Shown here one piece after another: positions 41,620-51,359 of a stretch of DNA of 124,000 nt (position 1 is the stretch's first letter; the number at the start of each line of letters is the position of its first letter). The stretch is from positions 144,001 to 268,000 of the forward strand of contig NZ_JMCB01000006.1 in the NCBI RefSeq assembly GCF_000737315.1, read 5' to 3'. Position numbers and translations under genes: made by a program. A model generated the notes under the pieces. It ran no database searches and had not been told where the DNA came from. It saw only the letters and a program-made list of their open reading frames with translations. The stretch comes from Hyalangium minutum. GTDB taxonomy: Bacteria; Myxococcota; Myxococcia; Myxococcales; Myxococcaceae.

Positions 41620-44600
41620 TCAGCCCTTCTTCCCGTCATCGCCCCCGCCCGGGGCAGCGGCGCGCACCACCGTCTCCGCGTTGAAGTCCTCGGGCTTCAC
41701 CGCTCGGAGGCCCGACGAGGACAGCCGCGAGCTCGCCTTGCGCCAGTACTCGCGCGGCGGCAGCCGCTCCACCTTGGGGCTTGGCCGCGGCCAGAAGTCA
41801 CACTCGGTCAGCCCCAGCCGCTTCACCAGCACCTGCCGCTCCTCGTAGATCCGCGCCGCCCCCGCCACATCCCCCAGTTCCTCCAGCGCCTCCGCGTACC
41901 GCTGCAGCGAGGGAATCGAGTTGCTCAGGTTCTCCACCGCCCGCAGCCGCATCAGCGCCTCATCCCCCTTCGCCCACACCTCCTCTATAGGACCTCCAGC
42001 GAGCGCCTGCAGGTGCGCCAGTCCGATGAGGGACAGCGGCCCGGCCTGCTCATCCGTCGCCCCGGCGCTCGCCAGCTCCAGCCCCTTCTCGTACGCGGCC
42101 TTCGCCTCGATGTGCCGGCCCGCCACGAACTCCACATCCCCCAGGTACGCGTAGGACAGACACAGCCCATGGGTGGTGCCCTGCTGCCGCGCCAGCCCCA
42201 GCGCATGCACCAGCAGGTGCCGCGCCCGATCCAGCTGCCCCACATGGAACTGGTGCCGCCCCGCGTAGGCCGTGCCCATGCACAGGTACAGCCCCGTAAT
42301 ATGGTGGGCCTCGGTGAAGGCGAGCAGCTCCGCGCTGCGCTGCACCCCCTCGTCCCAGCGGAACTCCGCCTCTGCGATGGCCGCGTAACAGAAGGTGGAA
42401 GCCGCCATCCGCACCGGGTTGCCCAGCCTCAAGGCAATGCGCGCCGCCGACGCCGCGTACTCCCGGGCCCGCTTGAACTCGCCGCCATATGCCAGCCCCA
42501 ACGCGAGCATCCCCTCGGCGTGCGTCTGCTCCACATACTCCCCCGCCTCCGCCGACTGCTGCGCCACCTCCGTGAGCATGGAGATGGAGGGCCCGAACCG
42601 CCCCCACCCCGACAGCGCTCTCCCCATGATGCTCAACGGAGCATGGAGGTAGGAGCGCAGGTTCGGCTCCATGGCCGCCTCCAAGCACAGCTCGCTGTAC
42701 TCCAGCGCCTTCGGGAAGTTGCCCTGCGCGTAGTACGCGCCCGCCCACGAGCTGTTGAGCGCCGCCTGCTGCTCCATCGTGGGGTCCTGCAGCAGCGCCT
42801 GCCCCTGCTCCAGGTACCGGAGCATCTCCACCGCACTGCCCAGCAAGCACCCGATGCGCACCAGCCAATACAAGGAGCGCACCAGCACCTCATCCCGCTC
42901 GGCCGAGGGAGGCTGAGCACTGGCCACGGTGAACGCCTTGCGCAGGTGCTGGTTGGCGCCGATGGGGTCCAACAACCGGTCCGCCTCCAGCCCTGCCTCC
43001 AGGTACGCACTGGCCGCCCGCACCGGCTGGCCCGCCTTCTCCCAGTGGTAGCCCTGCGTCCCCGGCGGGGCCTTGCGCTGCTGCAGCCGCTCGCCGATGC
43101 GCCGGTGGATGTCCTGCACGTTCTCCAGCCGCCCATCCGCCGCCAGCCGCTCGCGCAGCGTGTCATGCGCGAAGGTGCACCGGTCCCCCGCCACCACCAG
43201 CAGCCGCGCCTCCTCCGCCTCGGTGATGGCGGTGTGCACCTCTAGAGGAGAGAACAGCCCCAGCGCCTCCAGGTCCGACAGCCGGAACCGCCGGTCGAAG
43301 AGCGCGGCCACCCGCAGGACCTTCAGCACCCGCTCGTCCAGCCGCTCCAGCGCGCGCCCCACCACCGTGGAGACGGAGTCCGGAGGCCGGTACTCCCCAC
43401 TCAACCGGTCTGACAACCGGACACGCCCATCCGCCTCCCGGCTGAGGTAGTTCCCCAGCTGCAAGTCTCGAATGATCTGCGCGGCGACCAGCGGGTTGCC
43501 ACTGGCCAGGAACGGCACGGCCTGGACCAGGGCCTTCACCACGGCCGGGCTGGCGCCCCCCGCAAGCTGCGCCAGGAGCTGGCCGTTCTCCAGAGAGCTG
43601 AGCGCATCCAGGGTGAGCATCTCCAGCTCGCCGGTCTGCGCCAGGCGCGGCGGCGGCCGGGTGGTCGCCAGCAGCAGCACACCGGGAGGAGGGGCGGCGC
43701 TGATCCGCGAGAGCACGGCCAGGGTGCCCTCGTCCGCCGAGTGCACATCCTCCAGCACCAGCACCATCGGCCGCGCGGTACCAACGGCGGTGAGCAGGTG
43801 CATCAGCGCCTTGCCCACCCGCTCCGGCCCGAGCCCCTGGACGAGCACGCCCTCGGTGTCGCGCTCGGCGCCCTCCGGCAGCAGGCGGCTCAGCTCCGGC
43901 ACCAGCCGCCGCAGCTCCTGGGCCTCGCCCGCGAGCGCCTGCCCCGCCAGATGGCGCACCCGGTGCCCAGGCTCGCTGCGGATGCCCAGCAGCACCTCCA
44001 CCAGCTGCCCCAGCGCCTCGCGCAGCGGAGAGCACGGCACCAGCTCGCCCAGCTGCCGGCAGCGGCCGTACGTCACCAGCACCCGGGCGCTCACCTCGGG
44101 CGAGAGCAGCACCTCGGAGATGAGGCGGCTCTTCCCAATGCCGGCCTCGCCCACCACCATGAGCGCGCGGCCCTGGCGATCTCCCACCGAGTCCACCGCC
44201 TCGCGCAGCAGGGCCACCTCGCGAGCGCGGCCGACGAACGGCGCATTGTCCGAGGAGACCATCTCCGGAGGCAGGGGAGGCGGCGCCCAGTCGCTGGTGT
44301 TGCCGTGGAGCAGCTCGAAGTAGAGCCCCTTCAGGCGGCTGGCCAGCTGGCTCGCGCCGCCAAACCGGTGCGCCACGTCCGGCGCCAGCAGGGAGCGCAC
44401 CAGCGCCGCCACCGGGGGAGGCACCAAGGGCGCCACCTGCTCCAGCGGCGTCATCTTCCCCGCCCGCTTGAGCGAGCCCAGCGCCGCGTACGAGGCGTTG
44501 GTGGGGAACGGCAGGATGCACGCGAGCATCTCGTACAGCAGCGTCCCCAGGGAGAAGAGGTCCGCCTTCTCGGAGAACTCGCCCGTGCCGAAGAAGCACT

Positions 44601-45195
44601 CGGGGGCCATGTAGGCCAGCGTCCCGGCCATGGGCCCCCCCTCGTGCGTCCGGAAGCCGCCGGACAGCCGGGCCAGGCCGAAGTCCAGCACCTTCACCTT
44701 CGGCTCCACGGGGTCCGTAATAATGATGTTGGCCGGCTTGAGGTCCAGGTGGAGGACCTTGGAGTCGTGGCAGTAGGCCAGCGCCTCGGCGATGCGGCGC
44801 GTCAGTTGCAGGGCCTCCAGCACTTCCAGCGAGCCGCGCTCCTGAAGGTAGTTCCCCAGCACCACCCCGTGCACCAGCTCCATCACCAGATAGAGCCGCC
44901 CATCCTCCAGGAAGCCGTAGCCGAGCACCTCCACCAGCGCGGGGTGCCGCAGCCGCGCCAGCGCCTCAATCTCGTTCTGCTGCCAGACGAGCTGCTGCGC
45001 GGTGATGTTGCGGGCGGAGTGCTTGCTGACCTTGATGGCGACCTGCCGCTGCTCCGGGCCGCGCGCGCGGTACACCACGCCGAAGCCGCCCGAGCTGAGC
45101 ACGTCCTCGATGACATACGCCCCCACCGGCGTCCCCGGTTCGAGCGTACGGGGGACACCCTTCACATCGGATTTCTCCGGCGAAGGCAGTGCCAT
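41620..45195 (-). CDS. Ser/Thr kinase-AAA ATPase-TPR protein
   Basis: GGFGVVY, VAIK, HLDLKPAN, DFG, APE kinase motifs; GEAGIGKS Walker A; LEDVH Walker B; TPR-like C-terminus. Confidence 0.9.
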   Translation of the reverse strand: MALPSPEKSDVKGVPRTLEPGTPVGAYVIEDVLSSGGFGVVYRARGPEQRQVAIKVSKHSARNITAQQLVWQQNEIEALARLRHPALVEVLGYGFLEDGRLYLVMELVHGVVLGNYLQERGSLEVLEALQLTRRIAEALAYCHDSKVLHLDLKPANIIITDPVEPKVKVLDFGLARLSGGFRTHEGGPMAGTLAYMAPECFFGTGEFSEKADLFSLGTLLYEMLACILPFPTNASYAALGSLKRAGKMTPLEQVAPLVPPPVAALVRSLLAPDVAHRFGGASQLASRLKGLYFELLHGNTSDWAPPPLPPEMVSSDNAPFVGRAREVALLREAVDSVGDRQGRALMVVGEAGIGKSRLISEVLLSPEVSARVLVTYGRCRQLGELVPCSPLREALGQLVEVLLGIRSEPGHRVRHLAGQALAGEAQELRRLVPELSRLLPEGAERDTEGVLVQGLGPERVGKALMHLLTAVGTARPMVLVLEDVHSADEGTLAVLSRISAAPPPGVLLLATTRPPPRLAQTGELEMLTLDALSSLENGQLLAQLAGGASPAVVKALVQAVPFLASGNPLVAAQIIRDLQLGNYLSREADGRVRLSDRLSGEYRPPDSVSTVVGRALERLDERVLKVLRVAALFDRRFRLSDLEALGLFSPLEVHTAITEAEEARLLVVAGDRCTFAHDTLRERLAADGRLENVQDIHRRIGERLQQRKAPPGTQGYHWEKAGQPVRAASAYLEAGLEADRLLDPIGANQHLRKAFTVASAQPPSAERDEVLVRSLYWLVRIGCLLGSAVEMLRYLEQGQALLQDPTMEQQAALNSSWAGAYYAQGNFPKALEYSELCLEAAMEPNLRSYLHAPLSIMGRALSGWGRFGPSISMLTEVAQQSAEAGEYVEQTHAEGMLALGLAYGGEFKRAREYAASAARIALRLGNPVRMAASTFCYAAIAEAEFRWDEGVQRSAELLAFTEAHHITGLYLCMGTAYAGRHQFHVGQLDRARHLLVHALGLARQQGTTHGLCLSYAYLGDVEFVAGRHIEAKAAYEKGLELASAGATDEQAGPLSLIGLAHLQALAGGPIEEVWAKGDEALMRLRAVENLSNSIPSLQRYAEALEELGDVAGAARIYEERQVLVKRLGLTECDFWPRPSPKVERLPPREYWRKASSRLSSSGLRAVKPEDFNAETVVRAAAPGGGDDGKKG

Positions 45196-45424
45196 GATCC
45201 TGGAAAATGCCGATCATGCCACCGCGGGGCGGATGAAGCGAATACGTCACCCGGCGGAGGCACTGTGGGGGCATGCATGACCCAACCCGTCACGTCCTCG
45301 CCCGGAGAGAGACCCTCTCGGCCGGATGAACCGTTGGGTGGCCAACGGGGCGAGCCTCTCCAGTCCCCTGGAGGAGCGCCCCCTGCCTCATCTGGCACGG
45401 CTGCTCGCCGGTCGGGAGACCCGC

Positions 45425-46537
45425 TCAGTGCGCGGCGGCCAGGGACGGGATGCCCGCCAGCGCCGGAGGCCGTACGAAGTGGCCATACCTGCGGCTCGCG
45501 GCGTACCAGGCCACGTGTCCGTTCACGTTGTAGAGCAGCGTGTCGACGAACCCGAGCATGTGGCGGTCCTCCGGGAAGGACTCCCGGAGCTTGAGCGCGA
45601 TATAGGTGATGTCCGCGGCCAGGGAGTTGAGCCGGTCGAGCAGCGACTTGAAGCGGCGCAGCAAGGCCTCGCGGTCCTGCCCCCGGTCGAGCAGCAGCAC
45701 GTTGTCCAGCTCGCCGCACGCCAGCTCCTTGGCCAGCGAGAACACATCATTGACGAGGATGATGTGCCGGCAGGTGTTGGTGAGCAGCAGCTTCACGGGG
45801 TGCATCTCGCGGTGCTCGCGGCTCAGGCGGATGCGCTGGATGGCGAGGAACGCCTCGACTGACTGCACATAGGTGATGGTCTGCTCCCGGTTGTGCATGT
45901 ACGTGGACACCGTGGGCATGTACCCGGTCTCCGTATGCGCGCCATGCTCCCAGGCCACCGCGTCGAAGTAGTTCGCCATGCTGGCGATGAACCAGGCCAG
46001 CGGCATGTCCGTCTCCAGGCCCAGCTCGCGGATGTCCCGCAGCGCCTCGCAGAACGACTCGAGCAGCGGGAACTCGGAGGCCGGAGGGCTCAGCGCGCTC
46101 GGCACCTCGCCGGTGAGCATGCTCATGAAGAGCCCGAACGTCTTCTGGAGCTGGCTGTAGGGCAGGTATTGCGCGCCCGCGCGCAGGTCAATCATGTTGT
46201 CCAGCGCGTCATCCAGCGTGAAGAAGAACGCCTGCAGGTAGATGAACCACTTGGTGCGGTGGACGGGCAGCTGCGGCAGCGTGCACGCCGCCAGCGCCGC
46301 CAGCTGCGTCTGGCCGAACTTGTGGAAGTACGGCTCGCCCTCTCGAATGAGTCCCTTCCGCAGCGCCCAGGTGATGCACTCCTGCTCCGCTCGGGCGACA
46401 TCCGCGGGCGAAGACACGGGGTGCGGCCACCCATGGCCGGGCGCATTCAAGAGGTGCAGGTGCCCCTCCAGGCGCACCTGCGCGACGTTTCCGAGGTCAA
46501 ACTCAACAGCCAGCGGGGAGTGCTTGTCGAGAGGCAT
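45425..46537 (-). CDS. Class I terpene synthase (single domain)
   Basis: DDALD (DDxxD), YMHNRE sensor Arg, NDVFSLAKE (NSE triad), WYAASRRY (WxxxxxRY). Confidence 0.88.
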   Translation of the reverse strand: MPLDKHSPLAVEFDLGNVAQVRLEGHLHLLNAPGHGWPHPVSSPADVARAEQECITWALRKGLIREGEPYFHKFGQTQLAALAACTLPQLPVHRTKWFIYLQAFFFTLDDALDNMIDLRAGAQYLPYSQLQKTFGLFMSMLTGEVPSALSPPASEFPLLESFCEALRDIRELGLETDMPLAWFIASMANYFDAVAWEHGAHTETGYMPTVSTYMHNREQTITYVQSVEAFLAIQRIRLSREHREMHPVKLLLTNTCRHIILVNDVFSLAKELACGELDNVLLLDRGQDREALLRRFKSLLDRLNSLAADITYIALKLRESFPEDRHMLGFVDTLLYNVNGHVAWYAASRRYGHFVRPPALAGIPSLAAAH

Positions 46538-46714
46538 GGCGGGGATCCTCCAACACAGACATCGTACGTCAGTGACACGGCAGGCTTCCCCTCGGAAACA
46601 CGCGAGACATGAATCACAGTCACCGTGAAAAAGGCCGTTCATCCTCTCTCTTTTCCAAGGGCGCGCGGTGTCCGTGATTACCCAGCGCGTGAACCCGGCC
46701 CTCCCGCCTAGCCT

Positions 46715-47323
46715 GTGCGGGACATGGATCCCACCCCGCTCGTCGTCGTCGCCGTCATCGCCATCCTCGGTGTCGCGATCTTCTCCATCGTCAACCAGGG
46801 CCAGAAGCGAAAGGCCCTCTGGGAGATGCTGGCCGGACAGCTCGGGCTGGAGCACCGCGGGAGCGTGCTGCTGGGCGAATACCAGGGCGTGCCAGTGCGC
46901 ATTGCCGTGGAGACGCGGCGCAACCCCCACGGCTATGACCAGCTCTGCGTGGTGCGAGCGGACATCCCGGGTGCACTGCCTGAGGGCTTCGTTGCCGCAC
47001 CGCGCCGTTGGACGTCGGGACTGGACCGGATGCTGGCCGACAACACCTTCCAGGCCTCGGACCCCGCGCTCCAGGAGTGCTACGTCTTCCAGAGCGACCA
47101 GCCCCAGCAAGGCCAGGCGCTCATCTATGAGCCCGAGGCGCAGAAGGCCCTGCTGGAGCTCTACAGCCCCAAGCGCGTGGGCTTCGTGGAGAAGAACCGG
47201 GTCCACGTCGCGTACACGGGGCTGGTGGAGGACGCCGAGGAGCTCCGCGCGGCCCTGCTGGACGTGACGCAGACAGCGCACACCCTGGCCCGGGCCCAGG
47301 CGCGCCTCGCGCAGGGCGCCTAG
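46715..47323 (+). CDS. Hypothetical protein with N-terminal membrane anchor
   Basis: One TM (LVVVAVIAILGVAIF) then soluble domain; good codon bias. Confidence 0.65.
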   Translation: MRDMDPTPLVVVAVIAILGVAIFSIVNQGQKRKALWEMLAGQLGLEHRGSVLLGEYQGVPVRIAVETRRNPHGYDQLCVVRADIPGALPEGFVAAPRRWTSGLDRMLADNTFQASDPALQECYVFQSDQPQQGQALIYEPEAQKALLELYSPKRVGFVEKNRVHVAYTGLVEDAEELRAALLDVTQTAHTLARAQARLAQGA

Positions 47324-47332
47324 CCCCGGCGC

Positions 47333-47710
47333 TCAGCCCCGCCCGGGGCTCAGCAGCCGCTCCAGGCACGCCAGCAGCTCGTCCACGTGTGCGCCCTTGT
47401 GGAACACGGCATCCACCTGCACGGGCGGCGCGGCGCGGCCCTGGCCGGAGACGAGGACGATCTTCGCCGCGGGCACCCGGCGGCGCACCAACGGAATCAG
47501 CTCCCGCGCGTCCCCATCCCCGAGGCTCCAGTCCATCAGGACGGCGTCGTAGCGCGGCTGTCCCTCCAGGAGCTGGCCCGCCTGGGGCAGCGACTCCGCG
47601 ACGGCCACGGTGAAGCCCGCCTCCTCCAGCACTGCGGAGAGCGTCAGCCAGTTGGCTGGGTCGTCCTCCACCAGCAGCACGCTCCGGTGCGGTGTCCCCG
47701 AGTTCTCCAT
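47333..47710 (-). CDS. Single-domain response regulator
   Basis: LLVEDD, VLMDW, VSG, HKG receiver motifs. Confidence 0.85.
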   Translation of the reverse strand: MENSGTPHRSVLLVEDDPANWLTLSAVLEEAGFTVAVAESLPQAGQLLEGQPRYDAVLMDWSLGDGDARELIPLVRRRVPAAKIVLVSGQGRAAPPVQVDAVFHKGAHVDELLACLERLLSPGRG

Positions 47711-47734
47711 CGGTGCCCCTCCCTCGGTGCCCGC

Positions 47735-48454
47735 TCAGGTACTGCGGGCGGCGCCGGCCTCGTCGGCGATGGGGAAGGAGACCTGGACCCGCGTGCCCAC
47801 CGGCTCGGCGGGCTTCAGCTCCACCCACGCGCGGCAGCGCAGCGCCAGCCGCTGGACGATGCACAGCCCCAGGCCCGCGTGCCCCGCCTTCGTCGTCATG
47901 AAGGGCTCGAACACCCGCGTCCGGAGCTCCTCGGGGACGCCCGATCCGGTGTCGCTCACCTCCAAGACAACGCGGCCCTCGTCCGTCCGCAGCGTGCGCA
48001 TCGAGAGCAGGCCTCCGCGCGGCATCGCCTCCACGGCGTTCTCCACCAGGCAGCGGATGAGCAGCGTGAGGCGCGCCGTGTCCGCCTGCACCAGGGCCCG
48101 CTCCTGCCAGGTGCTCTCCACCCGCACGAGGGAGGGCACCCCCGCACGCGCCAGCGCCTCTTGCGCCACGTCACACAGCCGCAGCCGGGTGCTGTCCTCG
48201 TCGGGCACCGGCAGGCCCCGTGTGGACAGCACCTCCTCGGCGGAGACCAGCTCGCGGTCAATGAGCTGGAAGAACGTCTCCATCCGCGGATCCGTCTTCC
48301 ACAGCTCCGTCTTCTGCGCCTGGCGCATCAGGTAATAGGAAGCGTTGCGGATGCTGGAGAAGCGGTTGCGCAGGTCATGCCGCAGCACGGCCGTGACCAC
48401 CTCGGCCACTGCCGCACGCTCGCGGGCCTCCAGCCCAGGGGTTTGCTCGTCCAT
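47735..48454 (-). CDS. Sensor-less histidine kinase (HisKA-HATPase only)
   Basis: RHDLRN H-box, ENAVEAM, DTGSG, FEPFMTTK..GLGL. Confidence 0.85.
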   Translation of the reverse strand: MDEQTPGLEARERAAVAEVVTAVLRHDLRNRFSSIRNASYYLMRQAQKTELWKTDPRMETFFQLIDRELVSAEEVLSTRGLPVPDEDSTRLRLCDVAQEALARAGVPSLVRVESTWQERALVQADTARLTLLIRCLVENAVEAMPRGGLLSMRTLRTDEGRVVLEVSDTGSGVPEELRTRVFEPFMTTKAGHAGLGLCIVQRLALRCRAWVELKPAEPVGTRVQVSFPIADEAGAARST

Positions 48455-48455
48455 G

Positions 48456-49199
48456 TCAGCTCCTCGCCAGGGCCCGGCCACGGGTCCGTGCAATCGTCTG
48501 TGCCAGCTCCCGGATGGAGATGGGCTTGCGCATGCAGGCGACATCCCCCAGTGCTGCCACCTGCCGCATCATCTCGGGGACTTCGTGCCCGGACACCGCG
48601 ATGAACGCCACGGGCTGACCCGAACCCCTCAGCCGCTCCACCACCTGCGCGCCCGTCATCCCCGGCATCACCAAGTCCACCACGCAGACATCGATCTTCC
48701 CGGTGCGCATGCGCTCCAGCGCCTCGTCCCCGTCGTACGCCGCCTGCGCCCGGATGCCGCAGAGGCGTAGCCCCTCCACCGTCGCCTCCGCCACGTCCTG
48801 CGAGTCATCCACCACCAACACCTCGGGTACGAGTGCCGCGCGGCGCAGCGTCCTCAACAGGTGCGCCACGTCGAACGGCTTGTGGAGCACGGTGAAGACG
48901 CCCTCGGCCAGCGCGTCCTCCACCAGGTTCTCCTGGGCGAACGCCGTCATCAGCACCACGGGCAACCCGGGCTGCTCGCGCCGCAGGTGGCGGGCCAGCT
49001 CCACGCCGTGCAGCCCCGGCATGCGGATGTCCGCCAGCACCACGTCCACCGGCCGCTGGCGCACCACCCGCAGCGCCTCCTCGCCCGTGGGGGCCTCCAC
49101 CACCTCGTGGCCCTCCAGCTCGAGGTTGGCGGCGAGCGTCACCCGCATCGACTCCTCGTCATCCACCACCAGGACGCGCGCCGGGCTCACGGGGCTCAC
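48456..49199 (-). CDS. Response regulator with two receiver domains
   Basis: VVDDE..LADIRMP..HKPF and VVDDS..VVDLVMP..RKPI. Confidence 0.9.
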   Translation of the reverse strand: MSPVSPARVLVVDDEESMRVTLAANLELEGHEVVEAPTGEEALRVVRQRPVDVVLADIRMPGLHGVELARHLRREQPGLPVVLMTAFAQENLVEDALAEGVFTVLHKPFDVAHLLRTLRRAALVPEVLVVDDSQDVAEATVEGLRLCGIRAQAAYDGDEALERMRTGKIDVCVVDLVMPGMTGAQVVERLRGSGQPVAFIAVSGHEVPEMMRQVAALGDVACMRKPISIRELAQTIARTRGRALARS

Positions 49200-50615
49200 C
49201 TAGGCCGCTCGCGCCTGGGCCGGCGGCAACTGGATGACGAACTCACTGCCCCGGCCCTGCTCGCTCGACACCTGGAGCGTGCCGCCGTGGCGCTGCACCC
49301 GCGTGGCGACGATGGCCAGCCCCAGCCCCGTGCCCTCCTTCTTGGTGGTGAACAGCGGCTCGAAGATGCGCGGCAGCACGTCCGGCGGAATCCCGCCGCC
49401 ATCATCCACCACGCGCACGCGCAGCGGCTCGGCGCCGCCGCCGTCGGCCCGCACCACCACCTCGCCCGGGCGCCCCGCGGGAATGGCCTCCACCGCGTTC
49501 TGCACCAGGTTGATGAGCACCTGCCGGAACTGATCTCGGTCCAACAGCGGCACGGGCAGCGCCTCGGGCACCTGGTTGAGCACCCGCACCTGCTCGCGCG
49601 CGGGCACCACCCCCACCGCCTCCTCCACCAGCGGCCGCAGCGGACAGGGCTGGAGGCTCACCGGGCGCTCGCGCGCGAAGTCCAACAGGTCCGAGATGAT
49701 GCGCGCGCAGCTGTTCAGCTCCCGGTCCATCAACGCCAGGAACTGGGGCACGCGCGCGTCGTTCGCCAGCGGCTCCGGCCGTGCCAGGCGCTTGCAGAGG
49801 TACGCATGCGCGTTGCGCACGGCGGCCAGCGGGTTGCGCAGCTCATGGCCCACCCCGGCGGCCAGCTGGCCCACCGCCGCCAGCTTCTCCACCCGGATGA
49901 GGTGCTCCTGGGCACCCTTCAGCTCCGTCAGCGCCCGGTTCAGCTCCGCCGTCTTCTGGTGCTCGCGCTCGGAGGCCAGCTCCGCCACCGCGCGGCGCTC
50001 GGCCATCTCCCGCATCTCGCGCACCGCCTCGCGGATGGAGCGCAGCAGCACCAGGTCCAGGAACACCAGCCACACCGCGTGTTCCAGCAGCCGCCACCAC
50101 TCCGGGCTCGGCGTGCCGTAGATGGACTCCGGCCACAGCATGCCCCGCACCCAGTGGTCCAACACCACCACGCCGCTCGCGGTGAGCAGCACCGGCCACT
50201 CCCGGTAGAAGGCCAGGAACGTCAGCGAGCCCAGCGTGTGGAAGTGCGTCTCGATGCGCCCGCCCGTCAGGTGGATGAGCAGCGCGGACCAGAGCACCTG
50301 GCAGATGGCCACCGTGTGCCGGGTGAGCGAAGTACCGGGCCGCCGCCACACCTGGACAATGGTGACTGCGCTCAGCACCCCGCCGAGCACCACCGCCACC
50401 CAGATGTGCGAGTCAGCCGCCCGCGCCTTGCCTGCCCAGCCGTACGGCGAGAACACGGCCGCGAGGACGAGGGCCGCCAGCCACTGCGCGCCCATCAGCC
50501 AGGCGAAGAGCCGATCCACCCTCCGCCACACTTCCTGCTGGTGCTGAGAGAAGAGCCGGGCGACGCGCTCCTCGAGCTGCTCCGTCGCGCCGGGCTCCAC
50601 CACCGCCGGCTTCAT
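49200..50615 (-). CDS. Membrane sensor histidine kinase
   Basis: Multi-TM sensor with IETHFH..LAFYREW; GHELRNPL; FEPLFTTKKEGTGLGL. Confidence 0.9.
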   Translation of the reverse strand: MKPAVVEPGATEQLEERVARLFSQHQQEVWRRVDRLFAWLMGAQWLAALVLAAVFSPYGWAGKARAADSHIWVAVVLGGVLSAVTIVQVWRRPGTSLTRHTVAICQVLWSALLIHLTGGRIETHFHTLGSLTFLAFYREWPVLLTASGVVVLDHWVRGMLWPESIYGTPSPEWWRLLEHAVWLVFLDLVLLRSIREAVREMREMAERRAVAELASEREHQKTAELNRALTELKGAQEHLIRVEKLAAVGQLAAGVGHELRNPLAAVRNAHAYLCKRLARPEPLANDARVPQFLALMDRELNSCARIISDLLDFARERPVSLQPCPLRPLVEEAVGVVPAREQVRVLNQVPEALPVPLLDRDQFRQVLINLVQNAVEAIPAGRPGEVVVRADGGGAEPLRVRVVDDGGGIPPDVLPRIFEPLFTTKKEGTGLGLAIVATRVQRHGGTLQVSSEQGRGSEFVIQLPPAQARAA

Positions 50616-50646
50616 GGCGGCAAGCCCTGTGCTGCGCTCCACGCCA

Positions 50647-51078
50647 TCACATCACCCGTTTCCAGGCCCCAAGCTCTGTCGTCAGCGAGCTCATCACCCG
50701 CTTGAGCCGCGCGGACTCCGCCGCGCGCTGCACAATCTCAATCAGGCGCTGCGGCTCGTACGGCTTGATGAGCAGGTAGTAGAGCCCCTGCATCTCGTAC
50801 TTGTCTCGCTTCTCCAGGTACTCGGCATGGCCGGTGACGAGCACCCCGGACATGTGCGGCTGGCGCGCCATCGCCTCGCGCAACAGCTGGATTCCGTTGC
50901 GACCCGGCATGTTGAAGTCCGTGCACAGCACGTCCACGCTGTTGCGCTCCATCAGCCGAAGCGCCTCGGTCGCATCCGGCGCCGTCAACACGCGGAAGTC
51001 CTCGGACAGGACCGCCGCCGCGGTGATGAGCACCGGGTGCTCATCATCAACCACCAGGACCGTGAGCCTCTCGTTCAT
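50647..51078 (-). CDS. Single-domain response regulator
   Basis: VVDDE, LCTDFNMPG, VTG, IKPY. Confidence 0.88.
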   Translation of the reverse strand: MNERLTVLVVDDEHPVLITAAAVLSEDFRVLTAPDATEALRLMERNSVDVLCTDFNMPGRNGIQLLREAMARQPHMSGVLVTGHAEYLEKRDKYEMQGLYYLLIKPYEPQRLIEIVQRAAESARLKRVMSSLTTELGAWKRVM

Positions 51079-51359
51079 GACTTCCAAGCGCCTCGTGGTA
51101 GCCCCCAACCTCGGGGTGGGTACAAGTAGGACAAGCGCCGGAGAACCCGGCACTGCCCGAGACGTTGTTGAAACACCGTACCCTGGGTGGATCGACACCG
51201 CCCCTCGCAGGCAGGGCTCAGGTTCGGCAGCGGACAAAGTCCGGCCCCAGGCTTTCCCAGAAGTCCTTTTTTTCACGCTATGACTTTCGGAAGTGAACGC
51301 TTGCGGGGCCTGCACGCTGATAGGTTGCGGCGGATCGCAGCCTCAGGGGGGCTCCCTTC

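Noticed and set aside
41500-41848. Small plus-strand ORFs: 37-aa MSKNASELAC.. and signal-like MRVNWRVLLAV..
   Set aside because: The first has poor codon bias; the second runs antisense into the kinase gene. At most a gene remnant, not supportable
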